Below, piece by piece: positions 11,616 to 23,431 of a DNA stretch of 64,000 nt. Each line of letters begins with the position of its first letter. Position 1 is the first letter of the stretch. Under the pieces are notes generated by a model, which was not told where the DNA came from, ran no database searches, and worked only from the letters and a program-made list of their open reading frames with translations. This DNA is from Marsupella aquatica. Lineage: Eukaryota > Plantae > Marchantiophyta. Where the stretch lies: assembly GCA_973895155.1 (NCBI GenBank), contig OZ316892.1:9900283-9964282 (forward strand), read 5' to 3'. A program made the position numbers and the translations under genes.

Positions 11616-13929
11616 CCCTCTCCATCAGGTGGCAAGAGGCTGCAGGCCCGATGATATAAAGCTCCTTGTATGCGAAATGAATACGGACCCTGGTTGCCCC
11701 CCCTTTCGTCACTTTTAACACCTATCAATGTAAAAGCCAAGGCATTATTGTACCCTCTAATATTCTTCCAAAAGGTTGTAGCCGCATCGTTACTTCCAGT
11801 CAACAAACTCCGCAAAGGCTCTGGAGGAGCACCAATTGGAGGCAAATCCACCTTCCCATCGGCACAACACATCGTGAAGCACGGATGGCGTTGTGTTCCA
11901 GACTTGCACTCTTCAATCCAATGAAGAGCTTTACAACATGGACACTCAATGTTCATCCATCCCAAAACGTGTCGACCCATCGAAGGATCCAAAGGTTGTC
12001 GTGCCTTTGGCAAACTTTGTATTTGCTCCAATCTTTGACGCTCTCTCAAATATCTTCTGCACTGGGTTGAGCCGGGGTAACCGGTGCAAGGTTACTCCCT
12101 CCCAATTCTTGTTGGAGGATATCCTCAATCTCTTGTTCCCCTCTTCATCTGACAAACGTAAGGTGCCCTCAATAAATGTGTCAAAGTGACCACCACCATC
12201 GTCAACAATAGGACCCGCTTCCCCATGCAAGGCACCATCAATGAGCCAATCCTCGTCAAAGATGTCAGGGTCAGCTCGTACACTGTTTGGTATCGCTTCA
12301 CAGGTAGGGATGACACACATTGAGTCAGCTCCATCCTGTAAAGCTCCATGAATGAGCCAATCCTCATCAAAGACATTGGGATCTCTGGGCTCATTGTTGG
12401 CTACGGGCTCACATGGAGGGGTAGGCATAAATTTCTCCAAAGGGTGGTCAATCTCACATGCATCCAAGGCACCACTGGCACCGTCTCGACTGGCCCTCAT
12501 TGCCATGGATCTGGCCAATGCCTGGTGCATCCCCCTTGCTTCACAAAGCAATTGTCTCACACTACTTGCACGGCCAGGCACTGTAGTAGGTCCCAAATTT
12601 GTCTCCTCAATGGGGGGCAATGATGTTGTTGAAGCCCCTCGTACAGCCCTTGCTTCCCGTCGCAATTGTCTACCACTAATGGCCCTCGATTCTTCTACAG
12701 CAGTTGGCACACATGGTGTGGGAAGTACTGCAGAAACCAAGGGCCCCACACTGGGCGAGACACTTTGTCGGGTGCGGCATGGACCTGGTGCACACCATTC
12801 CCACCTTGCAACCGTTGTTGGGCGTATTGTTGCCGACGCCTTGCATTTATGGCATCCTTGTTCTGAGCATATCGCTCGCGATTAAACTCTGATCTCTCCC
12901 CCAGAGTTCTCATGTTGCCCAAAAATGTTCAACCCCTGTAATCATCTGCATCCAACCCACAAAACGTATGATTATTTTTTAAAATCCAAATTCATTCAAG
13001 CTCGACAGACCCCTAACTATATTGAACGCCGGCTGGGCCACACCAATGCAAGAGACTTGAGACTTTGATGGGGTCCCAATATCCGTCGAGGATATTGCTT
13101 ACCGGGACCCCTTGTCTCACCCTCCCAACCTTCAAGGCGATCATCGCGCTTTCAAATGTCTCTTGCCCCTATGGTATTCTTATTGCTTGCGGCAGTTGTC
13201 CGACACCCAGTCCCATGGCCCATGTTTGGCGGTCACCCATCCCATGGTCTGGCTCACCCCCTCTCATGGCCCATGGTTTGCCCGTCACCCATTGAGGGAA
13301 AAAAAGTGGTCACCAAAGCCATTAACCATGGTGCTTGCCATGAAGTCCAAATCCCCCCAAATGATGCCCAAGCCATCACCCAAGCCATCACCCATGGTGG
13401 TCACCCTAAACACAAAATTCCCCCAAAAGAATGGTCGCCCAAGCCATTCCCCCCAAAACTGGTCAGCAAAAGCCGTCATGCAAACTGTGGTAATTATCCA
13501 TTCCCCATGACCTCCGAGAAAAATGCACCCTCCTTATATATGCTTCTGGGGTCCTGCAACCCCCGAACCACTTTACCCGCCCATATTTTGGCCTCGAACC
13601 CAGAAATACAAAGGGAATGGGGAGTGTACTGGCAAATGGGAGGGGCCTGGTGTGTCGCACTTCAGGGTTTGGCCGTGCGAGAGGTTTATGAGCTTTACCT
13701 GCGTCAGGTTGTGCGTGTTGGCTTGGCCATGCGGGAGAGCAAAACGCCCAGACTGAACGACCGCAAGCGAGATGATGTGGACTGGAAAAGGGCAGTTTTC
13801 TGAAGGGAGCATCAGGCAACGGCCGTGGCAACAGCAGCGAGGCCTGATGAGTGTCTTGGGCTCCATGCCCTCTGCCATGCCAGTTGCCACGCCGGGGTCA
13901 ACTGACCTCTGTGGCTGCTCGCCTCCCTC

Positions 13930-14910
13930 CACCCGAGTGCCACCCGAGTCACTCCCTCCCTCCTCGACAGTCCCGCTGCCCCACGCTCGCCGCTCGTGCC
14001 TCGCCTCCCTCTCCACTCGAATCTCGCCCGAGTCTCTCCCTCCCTCCTAACTCGGTCGCTGCCCCTCCCTCTTGACATTTTCCAACCCCCGCCCGACTTG
14101 CTTTTACTCGGCCGTCCTCCATGGCCCCAACTCCTCTGTCCCCCTCCCATGACTGGCATTTATCGAGCAAGTCGAGGCGACGGAGGGAGGGAGTCCCGAG
14201 TCGAGGCGAGGGAAGGAGGGAGGGAGTCGCGAGTCCAGGCGAGGGACGGAGGGAGTCCCAGGGCGAAGGAGAGAGGGAGTCCCGAGGCCGACTCGCACAG
14301 GGGAGCGAGTCCAGGCGAGGTAGGGAGGGACTCACTCGCACAGGGGAGCAAGTCGTGGCGAGGGAGGGAGTCAGGGAGTCCCGTGGTGAGTCGAGGCCAG
14401 GGAAATGGTGAGCCGGCCAAGGGGAGGGAGGGGGAGGGGTGCGAGTCGAGGCGAGGGGAGGGAGGGAGCCGGTGCGAGTGAGTCCAGGCGAGGGGGGAGT
14501 CCCGAGTCCAGGCGAGGGAGGGAGGGACTCACTCGCACAGGGGAGCGAGTCCAGGCGAGGGAGGGAGTCAGGGAGTCCCATGGCGAGTCGAGGCCAGGGA
14601 AATGGTGAGCCGACCAAGGGGAGGGAGGGGGAGGGGTGCGAGTCGAGGCGAGGGGAGGCGAGGCGACGGAAGGAGGCGAGGCGAGGGAGGGGGAGAGAGC
14701 GAGTCGGGGTGGGGGGGTCGACTCCCATAGGCCACGGCGAGGAGGTGGGAGGCAAGTCGACGTTGGCAGGGAGGATTCGCCCGGGAGTATGGTCGACGCT
14801 GGGGTTTTGGGGGGCGCCTCAATATGGAACGCCTGGACCCAGCTGCCGGGGGAGAGAGTCCCGAGGCGAGGGAGGGAGGGAGTCCCGTGCGAGTCGAGGC
14901 GAGGGGACGG
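13930..14910. repeat. GC-rich, purine-skewed tandem repeat array in the Helitron 5' region
   Basis: Many GAGTCGAGGCGAGGGAGGGAG units, a near-duplicated ~190-bp block (about 14295-14460 vs 14485-14655), and an inverted set at 13930-14050. Confidence 0.85.
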
Positions 14911-15709
14911 TTTTGTCAGGTTTTGTCGTCCTTGCGTGAGGTGATAAAAAGAGGTCTTGTACGTGGTGGACACAAATGCCTGGACCATGATTTCCCCAAT
15001 TGTGCTCCAGGACGGGCTGATGATCCGATCTAACGGTGATGGAAATACACGGTTTAATCCAACAGACATAATTTCATCCCGCTTCTTTTTGATTTCGTAA
15101 GCAGACGACTCTAAAAAAAAAGCGGGATTGTATATTACAGTAGGTAGATATTTTATATATTTTGAGATCACTACAAGACAAAAAACCAAGCTTTTTCCGG
15201 ATGAGCATGCTATAATGCAAAAGCACTCGCATAGGGCTCGTATATGATAACCAATAAAGGCTATCCTATATAAGCCATAGTGAGGATGGTTTCACTCTGG
15301 TCCTGATAGGGACAAACACTTAAGTCGATCCTCAAGTTGTCCCGGACCAACGAGAGAGAGAGTCTTGCTCGGATCGTGTCGCTGCTCGATTGATCGCTCA
15401 CTGGTTTCTCTTACCCAGTATATTGTGGAAGGGAGATCTCAGCATTGTCGAAATCTTCGGTGCGAGGTGGACGTGTCGTCTTCATGACTCTAAAGCTGTC
15501 ACTGACTCCACTCTTTTCCATTACTTTCACTCTTTCAATCGTCTAAGCCCTGGCTTGCGCTCTCGAGCACCACAGACGATTGTAAGAGTGATTACAGAGT
15601 TAGTGCCAAGCCAGGCAGAAGTACTTCCACTCTTTCAATCGGCGAAGCTGTAGTCACTCTTTCGATCGTCGAATCGAAGCTGTGACTGGCGTGAGGAGGA
15701 GGAGTCAGG

Positions 15710-17865
15710 ATGGCGGGAGGTATGATCGCTGCTGCCCCTTCAGGGAAGCAGTACCATGGGAGGATCACCATTTACGTGGTGCTCATCTGCATCGTTGCAG
15801 CCAGCGGAGGTCTCATCTTCGGATATGACATCGGGATCTCAGGTCTGTGTTACTCCTCTCTCTCGAGAAACCTCGGCACAGAACTCTTTCGTGAGTGCGG
15901 AATTGCAAGCTTTGCAAACTGACTGTGCGTCAAACTTCGAGGGCTTCAATTTTATTCAGCATGAGATACTTTGTCTGTGGCGTTCCCTAGATCTCAATTG
16001 GTAATTTTAGGATTAAGTGTTCGTTGACAGGAGTGGGTTTGACGAATATTGATGAGTATGATTGGGTGGTCGATGAACAGGAGGAGTCACGTCCATGGAC
16101 AAGTTCCTGCAGAAGTTTTTCCCGAAAGTTTACGCCAAAAAGCATGATACGAACTCCTACTGTCGTTTCAGTGATCCAATACTCCAGCTGTTCACCTCCT
16201 CGCTTTACCTTGCGGGGCTGATTGCCACTTTCGTTGCTGCCTGGACGACGCAGAATTGGGGCAGGCGCCCATCCATGCTTCTTGGTGGCGTTTCCTTCCT
16301 GATCGGAGGCATCCTGAATGCCGCTGCCCAGAACTTGGCAATGCTCATCATTGGCCGCATCTTCCTGGGCATTGGCGTGGGTTTCGCTAACCAGGTCGGT
16401 TTAGATTTGATCCCTCAAAACTTTCATCATAGTGACTGCGTCAATACTCAAATCATTCCTTAAATTTGTCTAACATGTGTTTCTGTTGCAGGCTGTGCCT
16501 CTCTACTTGTCCGAGATGGCTCCTGCAAATATCAGGGGGGCGTTGAACATGTGCTTTCAGTTGGCGACGACGATGGGTATTCTTGCAGCGAACTTGATCA
16601 ACTACGGAACAGGAAAGCCGAAGGTACAGCATTGGGGCTGGCGGCTGTCGCTTGGACTAGCTGTTGTCCCAGCATCCATACTCACCGTCGGAGCCATTTT
16701 CGTGCCCGAGACTCCCAATAACTTGATCGAGCGGAACAAGCACGACGAAGGGAAGGCGACGCTCAGGAGAATCCGTGGCACCCAGAACATCGACGAGGAG
16801 TACGATGACATCGTGATTGCCAGTCACGAGTCTCAAGCCGTTAGAGACCCGTTCCGGACTCTGCTCACCAGGAAGTATCGCCCTCAGCTCTGCGTGGCAA
16901 TTTTGATCCCGTTCTTCCAGCAGTTCACTGGCATCAACGCGATTATGTTCTACGCACCGGTGCTGTTCAAGACTGTCGGATTTGGGAGCGATGCCGCGTT
17001 GTTCTCTGCTGTCATCACAGGACTCGTGAACATGGTGGCCACTTCCGTTTCTATCGCTACGGTGGACAGGTGGGGCCGAAAAGTTCTGTTCTGGGAAGGA
17101 GGAGTCCAAATGTTCGTCTGCCAGGTAAAATCAACCTCCTCCTCAGCCCTTGGCCTTCTTCGCCTTCCGTTCTGCTCTTCTCGTATTTTGTGAATCATGC
17201 TTCTACTTCTGTCGTTGACATTCACTTATGTTTGTTCGAGTTGCGTGTCGAGAGCTATCTTGTATTTTGTGAATCGTGCTTCAGTATGTCTGTTGTTGAC
17301 TTTCACTTTGTTACGGGTCTCGTTTAGTTTATGATCGACTTTTCTCGTTTTGACTTTGTGCTCTCGATGTGTTCACCACCAGATTGCGATCGCATTGATT
17401 CTGAAGTTTCATTTGCCCATTCAAATCGACGCCTCGCTCTCGAGTGGTTATGCCTCAGTGGTGGTAGCTCTCATTTGCATATATGTGGCCGCTTTTGCCT
17501 GGTCGTGGGGACCTCTTGGGTGGTTGATTCCTAGCGAAGTTTTCCCTCTTGAAATCCGATCTGCAGCACAGAGCGTGACCGTGGCGGTCAATTTTGTATT
17601 CACGTTCGTCATCGGACAAGCATTCCTGTCCATGCTGTGTACCTTCCAGTGGGGAATTTTCCTGTTCTTCGGATTCTGGGTGTTGATCATGACTCTTTTC
17701 ATCACTTTCTTCCTTCCCGAGACCAAGGGAGTCCCAATCGAAGAAATGGAACTAGTTTGGGCTAAGCATTGGTATTGGAGGAGGTTTGTTGACGTACCAG
17801 CAGCGTTTACTGCACCACCAGCCAATGGCCACAAGCTTGCTGATGACGAAAATGCTAAACTATAG
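15710..17865 (+). CDS. STP: Sugar transport protein (MFS hexose/H+ symporter), 520 aa; exons 15710-15842, 16081-16394, 16492-17124, 17383-17865
   Basis: [74 protein letters not shown]. All introns are GT-AG and the frame is consistent (1563 nt). Confidence 0.97.
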
Positions 17866-18255
17866 TAGGTCTATGTCGGACTAGTAGATTCATCCTTCAA
17901 CAAGAAATAGACAAAAATCTGAGTTAGTCCAATAGTCATTTGCACAGTCCTGTACCATAATACATAGTTAATGGAGTCCTTTCGGGGTTTCTCCAATACA
18001 GTTTCAATCCATGTGGGGCGGGATTTATAGTTCCAAAAATTAGGATTGTGTTAATAATTTTCGGAATGTATAAAGTTCAATTGTTTTCTTCTGCATGGTC
18101 CTGTCATTAGTGGTCCTGTCATTGGCAGCTCTGCCACAGCTCGAGCTCGATTGTTATACTCTGCATGATGCTGTGATTGGCAACTCTGCCCCAGGTCGAG
18201 CGTCACCCCTCATGCACTCATGCACATGGTCGCGGTCGTTTATCTCTATGGTGGG

Positions 18256-18359
18256 CGCCCATCTTGAAAATCTGTATAGTCTGCCTACGTCTAGATCCCG
18301 ACTCGGACGCCCATCTTGAAAATCTGTATAGTCTGCCTACGTCTAGATCCCGACTCGGA
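18256..18359. repeat. Perfect 52-bp tandem duplication
   Basis: CGCCCATCTTGAAAATCTGTATAGTCTGCCTACGTCTAGATCCCGACTCGGA twice. Confidence 0.95.
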
Positions 18360-18659
18360 TTCCGAGTGGAGAAAGTCTCCTCTGGTCAATGAGAGCTTGA
18401 CTTGGCGTATGTAAAGGAGGAGCAGTTACGAAGAATCTCAGTATCTCGCTCGCTTTCATTGATATCTTGCAAAATAATAGTCCTCGCGTGTTGGAAGCGC
18501 ACTGTACAGCACAGCACCAACGGACTGCTGCTGCATCACTGCATGGGCCAGTATGGGACCCAATCCTCTTCATTGACTTGCTTCTCTCGTTTGTTGACCG
18601 GAGAGATTCATCCAGCTATCTTGTCTCTTTCTTGGTCGTCCGGATCGCATCTCAGTACA

Positions 18660-19700
18660 GTGTGTCTCACTTTCTTCTTTGCCGTTACGGGAAAAGAACA
18701 AATTTACTGGTCGTTAAGAACGCATCTCTTTATAGTGCTCATCAGTTTCTTCTTTGCGCCCAGCATCAGCACGAGCACGGAGAGAAAAAGGAAAAGAACA
18801 GATTCACTGGACAAGTGACGAACGCATCTCACTACAGTAGCTCAGTTTCTTCGAGCAAATGGGGTACAGGTACCGAAAGAGTGAGTTGCCAACAAAGTAC
18901 ATTCAACGAGAGGAGAGCAGGAGAAAAAAAGTTTTCGGGAGAGAAAGGCTTCAATATCTCACTACACTATCTCAGTTTCTTCTATACCCTCAGCATCAAT
19001 CAGGACGGAGAGCAAATTTACTGAAACAGTGAGTGCCAACAACAACGAACTACGAGAGAAGACGGAAAACAAAAAATTTGTCGAGACAGAAAAACTCAAT
19101 ATCTCACTCCACTACAGTTTCTTCTTTGCGCTCTGCATCAATCAGCACGGGGAGCAAAAGGAAAGAACAAATTAATTTACTCAAAGAGTGAGTGCCAACA
19201 AAGTACATTCAACGAGAGCACTGGGAGAAAAAACGTTTTCGGAACAGAAAAGCTTCAATATCTATTAAATATCTCATTAAGATATCTCAGTTTCTTCTTT
19301 GCGCTCAGCATCTATCAGCACGGAGGGTGGGTGCCAAAAAGTACAATGAGAGAGCACGGAGTGCAAAAATGTCGTCTAGACAGAGAAAAGCTTCAAGGTT
19401 TCACTTTCACTTTCTTCTTTGCGCTCAGCATCAAACCGCACGGAGACCAAAGCAGATGAACAAATTAATTTACTGAAAGAGTTTTCCAACAAAGATCAAA
19501 GAACAAGGAGAGAGCACAGCGAGCAAACGAGTAGTCGAGGCAGGGAAAAGCTTCACTATCTCAGTACACCATCTGAGTTTCTTCTTTACTTTACGCTCAA
19601 TATCAATCAGCAAGGAGAGCAAAACGGGCAGAACATATTAGTTTACTGAAAGGGAGAGAGCACACAGAGCGGAACAGTTGTAGCGACGCAGAAAATCTAT
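18660..19700. repeat. Degenerate tandem array, ~7-8 units of variable length
   Basis: Recurrent CAGTTTCTTCTTTGCGCTCAGCATCAA, TTTACTGAAA, GAGTGCCAACAA and AAAGCTTCAATATCTC blocks. Confidence 0.8.
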
Positions 19701-19964
19701 TTCAATAATGGTAAGAATCCAGGCCGTCCACCCAAACGACCCAAAAAGTGACGAAGAATTCGTCGTCGTATCGTCCAAATCCTCATACGGCCCCACACCT
19801 TTTCCATTCCTGCCTTGCTTGCATCATGCATTTTGTTTTGCTTTGCTGCCATGATCATGAATGGGCGAGAAGTGACGTTACGAGAACGGCTCGTTTTCAC
19901 GTTTTCTCGTAGTCGTTGACAAGGTTGACGAGGAAAACCTTTAGGGCGTCTCAAAGTTTGATGT

Positions 19965-21055
19965 ACTTAATCCCTAGTTATTGGGGATCATGGACACAAA
20001 AAGTTATGGAGTACAGAATTCATAGTCCATGTTAACTCTTTGCCATAAGGATTGGTCTTATCCGTTGGTATCCCATAACCATTAGTCATTCTAGAGGCCA
20101 GTCAAAGAAAAAACAAAAAATTAAATTAGAGACGCTGGTGAATTAGTGGTCAAATGTCATCATCCCTAATTTTCAAGTTTTGAGGTGCCCTATTGAATCA
20201 GCGGCTCAGACAGAGGATCATAATTATAATTATGGAGTACAGAATTCATAGTCCATGTTAACTCTTTGCCATAAGGATTGGTCTTATCCGTTGGTATCCC
20301 ATAACCATTAGTCATTCTAGAGGCCAGTCAAAGAAAAAACAAAAAATTAAATTAGAGACGCTGGTGAATTAGTGGTCAAATGTCATCATCCCTAATTTTC
20401 AAGTTTTGAGGTGCCCTATTGAATCAGCGGCTCAGACAGAGGATCATAATTATGGTGAGTCAAAGAGAAACTTGCAGTCAGGTATCATTACCATTGTTGG
20501 TTTTTTGTTTAGGGGGGCTGTAGACAGAATTTTTTTAATGATCGTCAAAGTAAATGTTTTAACGTCCCGGGTAATTGCATGTCACTACCCCTAAAGTGAA
20601 CCTAAATTGAAAAGCTGTACTGGAAGGACCCCCAAAGTCTTACTTGATGGACCAGTGAGGCTCCATGAGATTGTGGGTGCGTTGATTTAAGATATAGCAA
20701 CTGTCTCGATCACTCATGGATCCATCAAGTAACATGTTGCAATTGGGGGTCCATCAAATATATCTTTGTTTGATAACCTCCCCATAGTTGTATATCAAAT
20801 ACTTACAGCCAGATAGTATTTAGCACTCAGTAGGGAGTATTGAAGCTTCTAAATTATGGATGATGACATTGGGCTGTAAAGAAATGGTCATAACATTTTT
20901 GCAAGGTTTGAGTTTCTTTCTTTTGTTTTGCTAGCCTCTAGCATGCACAATTGACCGTAATGGCATAGGACCAATCTTTATGGCAAAAAGTTGTGGACTA
21001 GGAATTTGTAATCCATAACTTTGTGTGTCCGTAACACATAAGTAGGGAGTTAAGG
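19965..21055. mobile_element. Foldback / MULE-like non-autonomous element with long diverged TIRs
   Basis: Left GGACACAAAAAGTTATGGAGTACAGAATTCATAGTCCA...TTTGCCATAAGGATTGGTC is the reverse complement of right GACCAATCTTTATGGCAAAA...TGGACTAGGAATTTGTAATCCATAACTTTGTGTGTCC. A 226-bp tandem duplication is inside (20004-20229 / 20230-20453). TSD not resolved. Confidence 0.7.
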
Positions 21056-21211
21056 TCCAACAAATTGTCAGCTTTAGGACTCCCCTCGGGACTCCCTAAT
21101 GATATAAACAAAAAATACATTTCATCAAGGTATGGAATGATATAGACCACATTTGTTATCACATTTTGATGTGTCATTATTGGGATGCCATCTCATATTG
21201 TTACATTTTGA

Positions 21212-21421
21212 TGTGCACTTCCTAGGAAGCAAGTTTCCTAGCGCCCCAATAGTTAATTGCATGGAGTGACATGATACATCTTCTATTGTTAAATTTTCAT
21301 GTGCACTCACCAGGAAGTAATTTTATGGGGTGGTATAATACATTTATTCTCCTCACATTAAGATTTTTGGGTACTTTTAACAATTGGAGCGCTAAAAAAC
21401 TTGCTTCCTAGGAAGTGCACA
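21212..21421. mobile_element. ~210-bp MITE with ~45-bp TIR
   Basis: TGTGCACTTCCTAGGAAGCAAGTTT..TAGCGC.CCAAT.GTTAA vs TTAACAATTGGAGCGCTAAAAAACTTGCTTCCTAGGAAGTGCACA. Confidence 0.85.
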
Positions 21422-23289
21422 AGGCAAAAAATTTCAAATTATTTATTTATTGCATGAACCAGACTAGGATACATAGCATGTTCATCCTGGAACATGCCTC
21501 TGTTTTTGTCTTGTAGTAATATGTAATTCATTTGATTTGTTTTATGATAAACCAAGTAGGTACATGTAAAGTATATGTCAACAAATTAATATATGTTAAT
21601 TAAGAGTGAGTGACATAGTACACATGCAAAAAAAAGCACATAATGACCAAGAAATGACAAAGGTACTAAATAGTTGTGCACATATAGTACAAATTTTCAC
21701 TTGCTTCTAGGTAATGACAATGTGAAAGGTGTATTCACCATATAGCATGTTTATCACTAGAACTAAGCTTCGTGAAAAGTTGAAGTGAACCTGTCGGGAG
21801 AGTCACTCCCAGTCCCTGCCCCATGTCCCTGGCATAACGCAAACCTTGTACAAGTGGAACAGAGGGGGGTCTTATTCCTAAGACCTTGCACCTATGCACA
21901 GGAGACTGGAATCGGTGTTAGTATTAGTTTGGGAGAAAACACACTACTTTAGAATGCTGATTTGAGTGGGTTGGGAGAATGTAGTTGTTTTATGATTTTT
22001 GTGAAAAACCTAATTGTGAGTGGATGCATTAACACCGCTACAGTTGGTGCAACGTAACGGCTTTGTTGAGCTACAGTACTTTCCTCTTCATAATGTACAC
22101 TTGCTCAATTGTTTTTTAAAATGTTTTTTTACAGGAGGCACGAAGATTATTTTAATAGTTCATACCATTAAGAAGAGAAAAAAAACCATGATAGACCACG
22201 ATATTGTTGACCTGTGCCTACCTATTCAAAAACATCTTCTTTGTTAAATATGTGATTGAGAAGAGGAACAAAGCCAAGATGGACCTAGACATAGTTGACT
22301 TGCCCATTGCCCATTATCATGTACTACCTAAAGTCATCAGCCAATTTACACAAAAAAGATAAAAGGACCCTTAGAACCGGCTAGTCATCAGACAATTTAC
22401 ACGGAAGAAAGAAAAGGATCCTTAGGACTGGCTCCTTATGGGGGATGCTTCACTATCCAAGAAAAGGGACTGCTAGGACTGGCTGATTTTGGGAGGCAAT
22501 GCTTTGCTATTGTGAAGGACGCTTGAGTAGTCGTTTTAGGCGCCCCAACCAAGTATAAATTGCTAGTTTTGGGTAGTTTTATCTATCTGCTTGGACATCA
22601 ATTGTGATCTCTGTTTGAGCTCAGGTTTTGTTGGCATGTTCTCCAATGTCTAATCTATTACCTGCCATAAATTTGAAAATTTTCTGAATCATTTTATCCA
22701 TTCCCAATCAGCAATAAGATGGTATAAATCAACTAACAATGGATGCTTTCACTTTTTTGACGATCACACTAAGTAGTAATTTAGTGTGAAGATCACACTA
22801 AGATCTTGATAACTTTGGTAATTTAAATTTAATTAGTAATGAACAACAACTTCTCACCAAGTTACGAGTGAAAGGAGGCTGCAAACAGACAGGATATTAT
22901 TTACAGGTCACATTTCAATCAAAACTATTGAAGTTGTTATTGAAATCTTTTGAAGTTCTGCTATTAATAGTTCATCCAGGCCTAATTTTCTTAACAAGAA
23001 GTTCTAACTTTTAAGTTTTGTAGAGTCATGGCTAAATGGTAGCTCTTTTGAGTGGAGACTGATAGGTATTGGGTTCAAATGTTATCATGGCTGTTCCCTT
23101 TCTGTGGGGTTTCATGGATCTCTCCTTAAAATTCAAAAGTTTTGTAAATATCTCCTTGGGCATTGGCCTTTTGGACTGTGGTGCTGTTTGCTTCCCCCTA
23201 TGTGGGGATTTTGCAGATTAAAAATATTCTATCAAGAAATCTCGAGGAAAAGTTTTCAGAATAAGTTAAGTTAACATATGTTTGAAGTT

Positions 23290-23431
23290 GTTTTTTTTGC
23301 CTTGAAAGCCAAAAGGTTAGGGATAGGCGTCCTATTCCAAACTTTCAATCACCCTTTGCATGTAAAGGGGGGATTGGACCTGGGACCTCTCGGTTCTAGG
23401 CTCATCTGCTGGCCAACTGACCAAAGCCAGC
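23290..23431 (-). mobile_element. Putative tRNA-derived SINE
   Basis: Minus strand GCTGGCTTTGGTCAGTTGG (A box-like)...CCCAGGTCCAATCCCC (B box-like), then a short body and an A-rich tail. A second A/B-box-like head is on + at ~23029-23082. No clean TSD. Confidence 0.4.

Larger units (their letters stand above)
7054..12900 (-). pseudogene. Helitron RepHel (Zn finger, HUH-Y2 Rep, PIF1 helicase), frameshifted
   Basis: CPCCKALHW..CCADGKV; LFTTFTCN; VIEFQKRGLPHAHIL (HUH); KYLYKYCYKG (Y2); LWDEAPM; GDFRQVLPV; GLCNGTRL; [13 protein letters not shown]; [10 protein letters not shown]. Split over many frames. GT-AG intron at 11131-11224. Start uncertain. Confidence 0.95.
6519..15148 (-). mobile_element. 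Autonomous-type Helitron, decayed (8.6 kb including two MITEs)
   Basis: Minus strand 3' end CGTGCAACGAACGGGCATGGGGCTAG|T (hairpin plus CTAG). Candidate 5' end A|TCTACCTACTGTAATATAC at 15148. RepHel coding remnants lie inside. Confidence 0.9.
5971..15215. mobile_element. Unclassified ~615-bp element (5971-6518 + 15149-15215) with short terminal direct repeats
   Basis: Interrupts the outer Helitron hairpin and is flanked by TGCA (5967-5970, 15216-15219). ATGCTATAA lies near both ends. A diverged inverted copy is at ~21470-21770. Confidence 0.55.
5761..15240 (+). mobile_element. Outer non-autonomous Helitron (same family as 1109-1323) swollen by nested insertions
   Basis: A|TCTACAACTATAATAAGGGA at 5761 and GCATAGGGCTCG|T at 15240. 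Joined flanks read ACTGGTTA|TATATGATAACCAA, exactly the satellite unit sequence at ~4528-4549. Confidence 0.85.

Noticed and set aside
15169-15186. CACTACAAGA as a CACTA terminal repeat
   Set aside because: It is internal to the direct-repeat element. The homolog near 21505-21518 reads TACTA and no 3-bp TSD pair is found.
13060-15189. Many long overlapping ORFs
   Set aside because: A product of GC-rich, stop-poor repeats in the Helitron 5' region, with no domain motifs.
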